Shown: positions 24,843-38,515 of the stretch, in pieces
Layout: every line of letters begins with the position of its first letter
How positions within the stretch are numbered: position 1 is the stretch's first letter
DNA from: Octopus sinensis
Taxonomy: Eukaryota
Reading direction: 5' to 3'
Assembly: GCF_006345805.1 (NCBI RefSeq)
Contig: NC_043004.1
Span: 48,918,001-48,982,000 of the forward strand
DNA: 64,000 nt
Notes under the pieces: generated by a model
Databases searched by the model: none
What the model saw: the letters and a program-made list of their open reading frames with translations, nothing else
Told to the model about the DNA's origin: nothing
Translations under genes and position numbers: made by a program

Positions 24843-26429
24843 TACATATATTGTTGTTTTAGGTCTTCTTATTGTAATAGATGTATTGTACTGTTTATAA
24901 GCTTTCATAGAATATATAGTTTTAGATACTAATAAAGTAGTTTTAGGTACTTTATCCTTTGTTTTCTACATGCACCCATCAATTTCAATCTCAACAGAAA
25001 AAATGTTTAGACTTTTTCGCTACACATACCAAAATACCGTATGTCTCAAAACAATTAAATTAAACAGCTTATATGGTAAAGTACAAATGTGTCAGCTTCT
25101 AGCTTCTTCAGTTTGAGGCTTCTTTTCAAATGACTTTGGTCACGGTGAAGCATATTCATGGATGTTGGCCCAGAAACAGCATGAAAAGCCACATTTGAGT
25201 TACTCACTTGACTTTTTTGTAATATATACAACACATCCATGAAGCATGTTTGATACTAGGTAGACAAAGTTCTTAATGGAAAATTTCTATAATGTAAATT
25301 CAAACTTAAATAAACAATTTTTGCTTTATCAGAAAAAGAAAATGAATTGGTTTTATTGAAAATTATTTCTCTTTCTATAACTGTGAATAAGTGTCTTGTT
25401 TTATTTTTTGTTCTTCTTACTCTATCTCTGTCCTCTTGATTTATAATGAAAACAGTTACTTGGATAATGTAATTGACTCTCATCTACTGTTCAAACACTC
25501 CATGCCGAAGACACACAATAAGCAGAAACAGGCAGTCCATGGATGTGGGAACTTCAGATAATATTAACTGTACAAACAATATAACATCTTTGAATCACAA
25601 ACCGGTAATGATACTTTTGAGAGATAAAAGAGGAAAATAAAAGAAATGAAATTATTTTAATATGCTTTCCTTCTACTTCTTGATTGTTGTCGACGTTGGC
25701 GGCGGCATCATCATCGTCATCATCATCATCATCATCATTGCTGTCATCATTTTAATGTCTGTTTTCACATGCTTACTATTAGGCAGACAGAATTCATTGA
25801 GGTAGAGCTTCTTTACAGCTGGATGCCTTTCCTGCTACCTGCTTCCAAACAAGGTAATATTTACTAACGACTAGACATGTTCTTCACAGAAGATTGGAAC
25901 TGAACAAGTCATTTACAAACATCACTTGATTCAAGACAAATGAATACGTGCACACGCATGTGTGCACATGCACACACACACATACATACACACATGATGA
26001 GCTTCTTTCAGTTTCCACTTATCAAATGCACTCTCAAGACTGCTCAGTAGGATTAACACTTTAGTATTTAAACTGTCCAAATAAGCAGTCCAAATATTCT
26101 ACCTGTTTTATGTTAAGACCTGCTGGATCTGGCCTCGCTCAACTATCCTACAATGTCATTCTAAAAACACACAATCACATCATCAAAATCTTGAAGCTAT
26201 GAGATAATGAATGATAAATTAAAAACAGTGTGAACAAATAAGCATTACATTTGGCAGAATAATCTGATAATGTGCTGATGTATATCAAGCAACATAATTG
26301 TGGTTTTGTAGAGAGAGACAACAGGGTAATGCCATTAGTAGGAGAGGTTGGAAAGGTGAGAGGGAGAGATTTTGGGGGGATTTTCCTGAATTGTTTGGAA
26401 TTTAAAACAAGGATTTCCGAGGGTCTCTT

Positions 26430-26835
26430 TTACACTTTTACTCTTTTACTTGTTTCAGTCATTTGACTGTGGCCATGCTGGAGCACCGCCTTTACTGGAG
26501 CAAATCAACCCCAGGACTTATTCTTTGTAAGCCTAGTACTTATTCTATTGGTCTCTTTTGCCGAACTGCTAAGTTACGGGGACGTAAACACACCAGCATT
26601 GGTTGTCAAGTGATGTTGGGGGGACAAATACAGACAGACAAATATACACACACACACATATATATATATATACCTATATACGACGGGCTTCTTTCAGTTT
26701 CCATCTACCAAATCCACTCACAAGGCTTTGGTCGGCCCGAGACTATAGTAGAAGACACTTGCCCAAGGTGCCATGCAGTGGGACTGAAACCGGAACCATG
26801 TGGTTGGTAAGCAAGCTACTTACCACAGAGCCACT
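26430..26835 (-). mobile_element. SINE family 1
   Basis: Full-length reverse copy. Confidence 0.85.
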
Positions 26836-27008
26836 CATTACATTTATCTATTAAAATTTCACACTGCCTCAGCTTTTCATTTTTTCATTTTTTATTTTTT
26901 GTTTCTCAGTTGCTAATTGCTAATTTCTCAATTGTCACTTTTTCTACCTGTTCATTTCTACCTGTTCAACTTCTCTTAGCTTAGCATCCCTTGTTTCTCA
27001 TAGTACAT

Positions 27009-27442
27009 GGATCTTTATGGTTTGAACGGCAGTTTTTTCTAGCGGTGTCATATGAAATTGTCACCCATAATTATGACCCTAGTATCGATCTATTGCATTT
27101 CAATCTGTTTTAGGGTTAGGGTTAGTTAGGGTTAGGATTAGGGGTGGGGGGAAGGGTATCTTTTTTTCTTCACAAATGTAAATAAACCCAATCTGTTTCT
27201 TAAACGAGGGACATATTCATACGGCACAGAATGTTGTTTACCTCAATGGATGTCATTGATTGGTTGAAATTGCAGAAATTGAAGAAAAAAAAACAACAAA
27301 TATCTTACAAACCCTAGCATTTTCTCAATAAAGCCAAGAGAAAAAGATATTTTATAAACACATTCTACCAGTATACGAAGTTTAAAATTTTTTAGTTACC
27401 TAGAAATTATGTTAAAAACTGCCGTTCAAACCGAAAAGATCC
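27009..27442 (+). mobile_element. GGATC-terminal MITE with 8-bp TSD (Merlin-like candidate)
   Basis: TIR GGATCTTTTCGGTTTGAACGGCAGTTTTT (this copy has two substitutions in the left TIR); perfect TSD TAGTACAT at 27001-27008 and 27443-27450. Confidence 0.9.
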
Positions 27443-27854
27443 TAGTACATTTCACTCTCCTCTTTTGCCCTCCCAACCTCTCCTAACAACATTACCCTGT
27501 TGTCTCTTTGTACTAGAATAATCTGAACGCTAAAGAGTTAAACACTAAAACTATATGCTTGGGAAGCAAGCTTCTTAAGCACATAGCCATGCTTGCACCT
27601 CCCTTCTATGGAAAACAGATGAACAGATAATTAAACTGTTTATACGAATGTGTCAACCACTGCAGTGAGACATTTCTATTTGCACTGTGTTTGATATATT
27701 CATGGACATTGCTCTAGACACAGGAATGAGAAGCCGACACGTGTGCAACGCCATAACATATATTAAATTATTATTTTCTGTTTCTGCTATTGTAAGAGAA
27801 TTTCATTCATTGGACAATCCTGGAATATCAAAATCGTTACCAATTTGGGCAAAG

Positions 27855-28175
27855 GCGTGACTGTGTGGTAAGAAGTTTACTTCCCAACTACATGGTTCAA
27901 GGTTCAGTCCCACTGTGTGGCACCTTGGGCAAGTGTCTTCTACTATAGCTTTGGGCCAACAAAAGTCTTGTGAGTGGATTTGGTAGACTGAAACCAACAG
28001 AAGACCATCATATGTGTATGTCTGTGTGTGTGTGTTTGTCCCCCATCACCACTTGACAACCGGTGTTGGTGTGTTTACATCCCTGTAATTTAGTGGTTTG
28101 GCAACTGAAGCTCTTCAAGGTGGGGCCTCAACATGACTGCAGTCTAATGTCTGAAACAAGCAAAAGATAATAAAG
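27855..28175 (+). mobile_element. SINE family 1, diverged and internally deleted
   Basis: Head and tail motifs are recognisable. Confidence 0.7.
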
Positions 28176-28704
28176 TATTTTATGTTTGTTTCCCAAGCTT
28201 CCATGAGTTGAACTGGTTATCATGCTCCGATTTAGTTCTTATTTGAAGTTACTGCATTTAGGATGTGTTGGAGGATGATGTCTCACTTGTACGTTCCATT
28301 TTTGACATGGTTTCCGTGTCCAGATGTCGTTCCGAAATCAGCCACTTTGCAGAGTGTATTCGGTGCACTTTGTCATGGTACTAATTATAAGAAAGGTTGA
28401 CTTGTCTTCTGTGAGATTAAGAAGTCCTCCTTAAGAAGCCTCAGTTGTTTACAAGGCAAACGTGATGGAGAGCGTAAATAGAAAGGGAGCGATGATCAAG
28501 GGTGTGAAAAAAGAGAGAGTACGAATATGAGTGTGATGTAGTAGGCGGGGGTGGAGGAATAGAATAATGGAATTGTAGGAGGGGTGGGGTGGGGGTGGGG
28601 AAATATGACAGACAGTGATAGCTACACATTGATTAGTTGTAAGATGTTGAATAGAAAAATAGCATGAGCAGGTTGAAAGAATAGCAATAAAGATGTCGTG
28701 AAAA

Positions 28705-28744
<40 letters not shown>

Positions 28745-29394
28745 ATGAATGATAAATAACAATGGAGATGGGTGATAGCAAAAGTGGTAGGGGAGGAATA
28801 ATGGCAGTGGATGCTGCTGCACATTGGTTGTTGATAGTTTATAGGACGTTGACTAGAAAATCTTGCGTAAGCAGCTTGATGGGATAGCAATAAATGTCTC
28901 GTAGTTGGAATGAGCTGGGAATGGATAGCAAGAGATGGATGATGGTGAGAGTGGTAGATATCAATGAAGAGTCAAATGAGAGAGGGAGGACGATGGTTAG
29001 CAGCAGCAGAGTGTGGTTGGATGGATGGAAGCACTCCGTCGGTTACGACGATGAGGGTTCCGCTTGATCCGAATCAACGGAACAGCCTGCTCGTGAAATT
29101 AACGTGTAAGTGGCTGAGCACTCCACAGACACGTGCACCCTTAACATAGTTCTTGGGGTATTCAGCGTGACACAGAGAGTGACAAGGCCGGCCCCTTGAA
29201 ATACGGGTACAACAGAAACAGGAAGTAAGAGTGAGAGAAAGTTGTGGTGAAAGAGTACAAAGGGGACTGAATATGCATAAATCTGATGCCATCCTTCGTT
29301 ACACAGGTGTCATGATGGAAGAGAGGAAAGGTGATGAGAAATAAAGGTGGGTGATAATGGTAATGGATAACAGTAGAGCCCTATACAGGGATGT

Positions 29395-30357
29395 TGTCAG
29401 TAATGTGAGGGTTGACAACGAGTATAGTGAAGAATTCCAAGTAGAGGGGTTCACCAAGGATCAGACCGCAGCTCCCTCTTATTCATTATAGTCCACCAGG
29501 CAATAACAGAGGAATTCAAAGCAGGCTGCCCCTGGAAGCTCCTCCATGCTGATGACCTTGCTCTAATAGCCGAGTCACTACTAGAATTAGAGACAAAATT
29601 TAGGGTGTAGAAGCAAGGTCTAGAATCGAAGGGCCTTAGAGCTAACCTAGCAAAAACCAAAGTCTTAGTAAGTAGGAAGGCAGTCAAATCACAACCCCCT
29701 TCAGCTAGATGGCCCTGCTCGATCTGTACAAAAGACATGGGTAGAAACTCCATATGATATACACCCCGACTGGCTCCCATGCCACTGGCATGTAAAATGC
29801 ACCATCAGAACGTGGTCGATGTCACTTTGGACTGACTGGGTCCCATGCTGGTGGCACATAAAAAGCACCATCCAAACGTGGCCCATGCCAGTACCCCCTG
29901 ACTGGCTCCTGTACCAGTGGCACGTAAAAAGCACCATCCGAATGTGGCTGATGCCAGTACCCACTGATTGGCTCCCGTGCTGGTGGCACGTAAAAAGCAC
30001 TATCAGAACATGATCAATGCCAGGATCACTTGACTGGTCCCCGTGCCAGTGACACGTAAAAAGCACCATCTGAACGTGACTGATGCCAGTACACCCAGAC
30101 TGGCCCCTGTGCCAGGGAAACATAAAAAGCACTATCGAACATGGACGACGCCAGGCCTGCCTAACTGGCTCCCGTGCCAGTAGCACGTAAAAAGTACCCT
30201 CTACACTCTTGGAGTGGTTGGCATTAGGAAGGGCATCCAACTGTAGAAACATTGCCAGATCAGATTGGAGCCTGGTGCACCCGCTGGCTCTCCAGACCTC
30301 AGTTAAACCGTCCAACCCATGCCAGCATGAAAAACGGACGTTAAACGATGATGATGT
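29395..30357 (+). mobile_element. RTE fragment (RT domain piece joined to 3'UTR with seven minisatellite units)
   Basis: QAITEEFKAGCPWKLLHADDLALIAES...NLAKTKVL, followed by the repeated gtggcacgtaaaaagcaccatc units and a GAT tail. Confidence 0.85.
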
Positions 30358-30549
30358 AGTATCATCCTTTGTTACACAGGTAGCATGGGTGTGGCAGGTA
30401 AGAGAGCAAAGAACAGTAGTGATGGAGGGATAACTAGCAAATAGGGAGAGAGCAAATGTTAAATGCCTCAACCTCCGTCTTCTCCAACATCGTATGTCAT
30501 CAATTTCCATGCTGTCTACTTTGTGGGTTTCAGCTTTTGAGGTCAGTTT

Positions 30550-31480
30550 TTATCACTTCGTTTCTAAGTCTTTATTGTGAGTCATCACTTGTCAGAGTGA
30601 GTGATGGCTTGCAATAAGAAGATGTATCTCAACTTCTTGAGATCAGTCTTTCCTATATTATCTACTTCATGTCTTCCTAGGTCTTACTGTACAATAAATT
30701 CCATAAACTCCATAAAAATCTTTGCCCATATCAGTGCAGTCTTTTCCTTCAACTTACTTGTACTCCGTTGTTGACTCATCCATCATGATTTTACACATCC
30801 AACGGAGCATGCCCCTTCATTTCTTTTAAACTTACCAAATCCTCTGCATTCATAGCATATGTCTTGCTACCAACCATGCAGTATCGCACTTCATACACAA
30901 ACATCGTAGGATCTTTTCGGTTTGAACGGCAGTTTTTAAAATAATTTCCACGTAACTAAACACTTTTAAACTTCGTATACTGGTAGAATGTGTTTATAAA
31001 ACATCTTTTTCTCTTGGCTTTATTGAGAAAATTCTATAGTTTGTAAGATATTTGTTGTTTTTGTCTTCAATTTCTGCAATTTCAACCAATCACTGACGTC
31101 CATTGAGGTAAAAAAAAACATTCTATGCCGTATGAATATGTCCCTCGTTTAAGAAACAGATTGGGTTTATTTACATTTCTGAAGAAAAAAAAGATACCTT
31201 TCCCCCCACCACCACCCCTAACCCCAACCCTAACTAACCCTAAAATAGATTGAAATGCAATAGATCGATACTAGAGTCATAATTATGGGTGACAATTTCA
31301 TATGACACCGCTAGAAAAAAACTGCCGTTCAAACCGAAAAGATCCGCATCGTATAATCTGCCTTTTATTCTGAGAGAGAAACCCATTGTTACCAGCAGCA
31401 ACTGAATGGGGTTTTTTCCACTCTGGTTACTATTTTCACACTTTTTCACACTGGCTACTATGTGTTCTAACCCTGCTTAC
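30550..31480 (-). mobile_element. Decayed RTE ORF2 C-terminal fragment interrupted by a GGATC MITE
   Basis: Minus-strand GFSLRIKGRLYDA before the MITE and a decayed ...MLRWMC segment after it. Confidence 0.65.
30909..31345 (-). mobile_element. GGATC MITE copy
   Basis: Same TIRs; TSD ACATCGTA/GCATCGTA. Confidence 0.9.
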
Positions 31481-32464
31481 TATGTTTTCAGTACCTCTCC
31501 AACTGATTAGGTCATTTAGAAACTATTAACTACTACTGAGTTTTCTCATCTTTGAAAGAATTATTTCTCATGTATTTATTACGGCTAACTATTCCTGTAC
31601 ATCTACCCTTTTCAACATCCGCATTCTCTGTCAGTATGCCTGTAACCCCACCTCATCTATTGTGTGTCCACAGTTTACGCTGGGTATATTGTTTCGAATT
31701 TCTACCTCCTTCGCTTTGCGTATGGGGCACAGTCATTTCTCATATGGTGTATTGAAAACGTGACTATGATCTAGTTATAACGTTTTTCTTTGTTTGTTTT
31801 CATATTTTCATGAGTCTTGCATTTCGTTTAGAAAGTTCCTAAGTCCAGTATCATAGATAGATAGAAAAATAGATATACTGTTTTATATGTTTTAGAAAAA
31901 TACTCTCAAAAGATGAAATAATATTCATTGTCATAAAAATAGCACATTATAACGGTAATTCTGGTCAATTGTCCAGGAATGGTCCATATATCTGCCAGTA
32001 TGGACAGCATGTCAGTAGACCTAATTGTCCTGGAATCTTGGGGCCGTGCTAATTAACATGGAAATTGAGACTGGGGGCAGGGATTTAATGAAATTCGACG
32101 AGAAGGTTGAAGGTGTGATGGAGACTACACATACATTAATCAGTTCAGCTAATCCTGGTTGTTAGCTGGATTATATCAAAACTAAAAGGACTTTCGGATT
32201 ACCTTGTATATAGAGAAAGACTTCATTAACTGTTCTCGTCCGCTGTACTATTTTCTAGCAAATAAGGATTATTACTAGCAAATATTTCATCTCGGTTGTT
32301 GTTAGTTACAGCTGTAGTGGTGGCAGTTGTGGTACAGTAAGCTGAATTCAGGACTTGGTTTCGATTCCCAGGTGGAATAATTTTGTTTTTGACATATGTT
32401 ACAATTGTCCATAATTTCCTTGTGCTATAAATGTCAGGTTTCTGTCAAATACTTTCATATAACG

Positions 32465-32842
32465 GGAATAGCTGTGTGGTTAAGAAGCTTACTTCCCATC
32501 TATGCGGTCCTGGGTTCGGTCCCACTCTGCGGCACCTTGGGCAAATATAGTCTCGTGAGTGAATTTGATAGACGGAAACTGAAAGACGTCCATAGTATAT
32601 GTGTATGTGTGTCCTTGTAATTGTATCCCAACCACCGTTTGACAACCGGTGTTGGTTTGTTTACATACCCATAACTTAGAGGTTCAGTGGAAGAGACCAA
32701 TAGAATAAGGACCAGGCTTAAATCAATAACTTAACCAGGCTTAAAAAAAGTACCGGGGGGCAATTTGTTCCACTAAACCCTTCAAGGTGTTACCCCAGCA
32801 TGGCCGCAGTTCACTGACTGAAACAAGTAAAAGATAAAAGGC
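32465..32842 (+). mobile_element. SINE family 1, diverged copy
   Basis: Head and tail motifs are recognisable. Confidence 0.7.
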
Positions 32843-33924
32843 AACTTAATTGTTTTTGTTATATGGCCGGACTGAAGACCAAAAACTGACCCGCTGACCT
32901 TATTTGTAAAGAGTTTTAAAGGGCCTCACCCCAAGCAACAACACTGAATAAAACTGTTTATTTCTGTCTATGTTGGCAGTGATAGTAATAATAATGGTGG
33001 TGGTAGTGGTGGTGGTGGTGGTGGAGGGACACGCCATTGATCTATCTTTTGTATATAATAAACTGGCAGTATAAGTATTGATTGGTTTTAGTAGTTATAT
33101 TGACAAAGTTGTGTGAGGGGCCAAGCTAGAAGAGTACGAATGTCCGACAGCCAGCACACAGAGAAAGTGAAAGTGAAAGCGAAAGAGAGAGAGAGAGGGG
33201 GGGCTGATCTTGTACATCCATATCAAGCATTTCGGAATAACAGAATATATAAATAAATAAATAAGATTCTTGCAGAGAAACAAAATCAATAACTTAACAA
33301 AACACAAATAGCGTGAAGTAAACAGCTCAGCCAGAAAAGCACGTTTTAATTCCAATAAACTTTAGACTATAATTTTCAGATTCTTTGAATTGTCTCTCCC
33401 TCCGTCACCACAAGACACACACACACACACACACTCTTTGTTACACTCCACCATAACAGTCACACACACACACACCATAACATACACTCTGACACCCTTC
33501 ATTGCACGTGCGCGTAACACACGCACGCATGCGCGCGCACATACACACACACTCACACACATCCCACACACCCGTACATATCCCGTGATCGACACACTCA
33601 CACACACACACACACAACACACACACACAATATAAAGCTTTAGAATTGGTCGATCCGAAACGATTATTAAATCAGAAAGAAAATAAAAGATGAGGCGATC
33701 GCGCGACATAGATTTATGTAGAAAGTGTTAGTTTATTTAATCCCTATAGATTGACTTTGATCTCGATGATGACTGAAGTAAAAGGCCGTAGGATGGGGAG
33801 AGGGTTAACTATCGATTTTACTGATTTACTCATGTAGAAAACTTAGAGACGTTTTATAGTAGTTCTCTCTCTCTCTCTCTTTCTCCGCCTCTTTCTCTCT
33901 TTCACTCTCCTCGCTCAAGACTTG

Positions 33925-33938
33925 GTTTCCATGGCAGC
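33925..33938. promoter_or_regulatory. RFX X-box-like motif GTTTCCATGGCAGC
   Basis: One mismatch from GTTTCCATGGCAAC; sits in unique, CpG-containing, CT/GA-rich DNA at the CpG transition. Confidence 0.35.
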
Positions 33939-34829
33939 AAGAAATCTTTACTCACAGACAACAAATCAACATAAAAACATTTTTGGTCTGTTTCCCGATG
34001 CTATGACGTATTGAACCTGGAACAATTAGTTTGAAATAATATTTCTCGGGTATACTTAGATCTCTTAGACGCAGCTACACTAAAACATAATTTTCAAAAA
34101 TATAAATTATATTAGTCATTCATAACAAAAGGAAAAAAAAAGTGAAAATTTTTTTTCTTATTTTATAAATTTTCTAACTCGACCCATGCAGGTAGGTGTG
34201 CTGTCAGAACTCTTAGAGCGTCAGGGGAAAAAAGGTCTTGCGGCATTAGCTCCGGCTCTTTACTTTCTGAGTTCAAGTCCTGTCAAGATGAAATTTGTCT
34301 TTCATCCTTTCGGGATTGAAAATATAGAATACCAGTCAAAAACTGGGGTTGATGGTATTGACTAAACCCCTCATTCAATATTGTAGGTCTTGTACCGAAA
34401 TTAGAAACAATTTATGTCCCAGCAGAGTTGGCAACGTAAGTTGCTGTTGTTCAACTCCGATCAAGCAGATTTCGGCCAAAAGCATTCTAGTCATAATTAT
34501 GCCATCTTTTAGACATTGTATCTTGGAGTTCATTATCCTCCGTGTACTTTTTTCAATAGAGGGTGTAACTGAGGGTGAGAGATGCTAATTATGGCCCCTT
34601 TTGAGATATTTCTAATAGTTCAAAAGCCATTAATAACTGTGTTCTTTCACACATTCAATCTCTCTTCCATTGTCTCAATAATCATCAGTACCGTCAGATG
34701 CGTTGGAAATTTCTCTATTCTGTTGCTCACCAGTAGGTTTTCGCTCTTGAAGAATTTGACGAAACAATGTTATTGCTGTCGACATCAGCAAACGCTTTCG
34801 ACTGTCTGGCGTGTGAAACCAGCTGTGAA

Positions 34830-35275
34830 AACTATACGCTAATACGCTCCTTCGTATATCGTCTCAAGCATTTGTCTTATGAAGAAAGGCTGAAGACGCT
34901 CGACCTTTATTCTCTCGAAAAACGAAGACGCCGTGGAGATCTCATTCTTGCTCACAACATCATAAGCGGAAAGTGTAACCTCTCGAAAGAGCTGTTCTTC
35001 ACTCCTGCTCCAGAGCGTTGGCTGCGGGGACGATTTCATCTCAATCGAAGGAGAGGGGCTTTCTCCGTCCGTGTTGCGGATCCGTGGAATAAGCTGCCGG
35101 ACGAGATAGTGAAGATGCCGACGACCGCTGGGTTCAAAGTCTCTCTTGACCAGAAATGGCCTGAACTCTTTGTATGACCACCCTCCCTGTACATAACTCC
35201 CTGTCCCCCTACATGGACTTGGTTTTGCTTTTTGAGCCAATAAAAATTGAATTGAATTGAATTGAAATCTCTTGG
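34830..35275 (+). mobile_element. CR1-group LINE 3' end
   Basis: LSYEERLKTLDLYSLEKRRRRGDLI...FSVRVADPWNKLPDEIV...FKVSLD, then a short UTR and (TTGAA)n tail. Confidence 0.88.
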
Positions 35276-35679
35276 ACCAGAAACTTCTAATCAGATCGTA
35301 CTATCGCGGTTTGTGCTGACAGACTCTGTCAAACTCTGGTGTACCTCAGGATTCAGTTCTGTTCCCACACTTCCTTCTATACTTATACAACATACGTACC
35401 CCCACGTCCAACAACGTCCACTCACTCTTACGCAGATGATATCATTCTCCATTCTTCTCTATCTTTGCCTGTCTAAACATCATCCACATCCAACCAACGC
35501 ATTTCGTATCCAACCTGCACTGATGCTAGAAAGAGAGACCTTGAAATAGCCTCTAATAGTGTCTTGCCAATCTCGTCTCTTTTATCAGTACCCCACCCAT
35601 CGCAAAAACAAAACAACAAAACAAAACAAAACAAAACAAAAACTCTTAAAAACAAAGACACTGCTCATATTAGTATCAA

Positions 35680-36095
35680 ATGTTGGTACAAGGCCAGCAT
35701 TTTCAAGGGGAGGGGCTAAGTCGATTACTTCAGTGTCCAACTGGTACTTATATTATCGACCCCGAAAAGATGAAAAGCAAAGTCGACCTCGGCGGAATTT
35801 GAACCCAAAACATGAAGACGGACAAAATGCTGCTAAGTGTCGGGTGTGCTGACGATTCTTATTTCTTTATTGCCCACAAGGGGCTAAACACACAGGGGAC
35901 AAACAAGGGCAGACAAACGGATTAAGTCGATTACATCGACGCCAGTGCGTAACTAGTACTTAATTTATCGACCCCGAAAGGATGAAAGGCAAAGTCGACC
36001 TCGGCGGAATTTGAACTCAGGACGTAGCGGCAGACGAAATACCGCTAAGCATTTCAACTGGCGTGTTGACCATTCTGCCAGCTCACTGCCTTAGA
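35680..36095 (-). mobile_element. SINE family 2 (two core copies)
   Basis: gaaaggatgaaaggcaaagtcgacctcggcggaatttgaac motif twice. Confidence 0.75.
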
Positions 36096-36329
36096 CATGG
36101 CTCATATTAAGGAAACATCATCGACCTATCTATTCCCTAATGGTGAACAGAACACAATTAGGGACTCCATAATCACTCCAAATGCTGTTTCTCGTTATCA
36201 CAGAAGAATTTTCATGGTGAACACACATCCTTAACATAACTATAACCATATCTCAAAAATTAGACCTTCTTTTCAGGGCCAGAAAATTTTAAAGCTCCCA
36301 ATAATTACTTCCCTCTACCCCAGAAATCT

Positions 36330-36760
36330 CAGTTGACACCCACAACCGAATACAACCTCTACATCCGGGGAAGTGCTACTTCTGCACAGATAGACGTCCT
36401 AGACTGCATCCAGAGATATGCCACTTGACTGTTCAAGCATAAAGTTACTCACAGACAAACCAAAGCATCAGAGCCACAGACTTGCTGTCACATCTCTTTG
36501 CCTTTTCCTTGCATCGCAATGGTCTCTGCTCTTTACAGCTGCCTGGTCTCATATCACCCCTATCCAAGCACTTTTGACACAACCTCTCATCCCGTTGACT
36601 CCGCCCACTGTGTTTCCACTCCACCTCAGGTTCCACATTAACCACTGTGCCCAGCCCTTCCTTCCTTTGCAGGTCGGTCTTCTGGAATTCTTTCTTTGCT
36701 TCTGTCTTTCTGGTAATCATGGACTTGCAACAGTTTAAGAAATGTTAACTCGATGAGTCT
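36330..36760 (-). mobile_element. Decayed LINE ORF2 C-terminus/3'UTR (clade uncertain)
   Basis: Minus-strand RIPEDRPAK... resembles the post-RT HxxRMPExRxxK region; multiple stops. Confidence 0.4.
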
Positions 36761-37919
36761 CGCTGGTCTCGCAGGGAACTATGAAAACCAAAGGCACTGC
36801 TCCTACTTCTAGACTTAGTAATTAATAAAAAAAAAAAATAGGGTCTCACATGTGCATAAAGAAGTAGTTTGGGGGTAGTTAAGTATCATTAGAATCCCTA
36901 AAAGAATCAGAAGTGGGGGTAATAAAAGAATACAAACATGCCAAATCGAACGAGAAATTTCTCGCCAATCAAGACTTAATTATTAGCAAGGAAAGATTAA
37001 CAGGAGAGAAAAAAAAAAAACGTATTTAATATATTGTTCATATTTTTTTGCCAAAAACACATGCAGCATTTACTAGAATCTTATAAAGCCATAAATATGA
37101 ATCATAATTAATTGCTTCACGGATAGATATGAACCGCAATAGAAACTATTTCGCCCAGTGGTTTCTAATCTTTTCTATACCCCACATCCTCCGGAAATGT
37201 TTGATTGATTTTCGCACCCCTAAAAAAGTAATATTAGATTTGAAGAAGAAAAATCCTTTGAAGATGAAAAAGCTAATTTTCTAATAACGAATTTATTTAT
37301 TTTTTAAAAATTGGACCACATGCAGTACTGTGGGGAAGGGGAACAAGTTAAACTATAAAAAAAAATTGACTGAGTGCATAAAATACAAATATAAATTGAA
37401 CAAGTAAAACAAAACGAAATAGAAAAAAACAAAAAACTGTAAACAGTGAAATCATGGAATCAGAATTGCGAAGATGAAATGAATGACTTCGTTGTTCCTG
37501 CTTTTCATTCATGAATTTATCAAATCGTGGTGTTTTCTTCTTAATCGTGATCCACAGGTTTTCCTGTGGATATAGGTAATTCAGTAGATTTTGTCTGGAT
37601 TGAGAAAAGAAAACGGAATCCAGATTCATACAAGTATATCGTTGCAGATGACAAGAGGACACTCCTTAGTCATAATCGCTTGAGAATAAAATCTATATAT
37701 GTCTTGCGATTCTTCCTTGTTGTATTCTAACTACATGTCCGTAATATTGGAGTTGTGACCTCACAATGCGGAGAAGTAGCGGCTTGACCTGGAGACACTC
37801 CCCTGATCTCCGAGCTATGCTTTCTGTTGAGAAACGTTACTTCAGAGATCCTTCGGAGGAAACCCATTTCGGCCGTTTGTATTTGTGATCTTACTGTTTT
37901 CGTTATTACTTAACATTCA

Positions 37920-38515
37920 TTCATGTATAGGACGGATCCGGCTATCAGCTGAATCCATAGTGAGGATTGCCCCGCCGCCCTCCTTTAACACGGAGGGCAA
38001 GGCCGTTTTCCTGTGTCTAGTGGCTGTAGCGAAAGAGGTGGTATGGTGGACCCGTTTGAAAGGGCTAAGGTCAGACACTTTCCTCTTTGGCCAAGGCCTC
38101 ATCAACTTTTTCAAGTTTCACTTGAAAAGGAAGGTGAGAGTAGAGAGGGAAGTGCTGTCTCAGCAAGTTTACTGAAAGGTGGGTGAATGTCGCAAGAATG
38201 GCCAGTATGAACGGACCAATTCTGAGGATACACCTATGATATAAAAAGGTAATATAAAAGGAGAAAGGGGGTCTTTACTCCACTTTTGACCAGGCTCCCG
38301 TGGCTTTTATGGGTTTTTCCACGAGTAACCTTCCCAAGCGCCTCCCCCTATCGGGAGTTCTATTTGTTACATATTTTCGTTGTTATACTAATTTTTACAC
38401 GGATTTTTTGCAAACGGACAAAACTCTTTGTAACTTTTCGTCCTGTTTTGTCCCTAAATGTTTCTAATTGGTTTTTGTCAGCTCTTGTGGCCAATAAAAC
38501 GAATTAGTTATTATT
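37920..38515 (+). mobile_element. Tx1/L1-like LINE 3' end
   Basis: AKEVVWWTRLKGLR...LINFFKFHLKRKVRVEREVL resembles a Tx1-type ORF2 C-terminus. The 3'UTR ends in ccAATAAAa plus a short tta tail and recurs at 52590-52800. Confidence 0.7.

Noticed and set aside
27105-27150. TTAGGG repeats as a telomere or fusion scar
   Set aside because: They are only a few degenerate units and are an internal part of the GGATC MITE in all six copies.
29760-30200. Regular repeats of about 58-bp period as a CRISPR-like array
   Set aside because: Eukaryotic context, the 'spacers' are homologous to each other, and the array is the RTE 3'UTR minisatellite.
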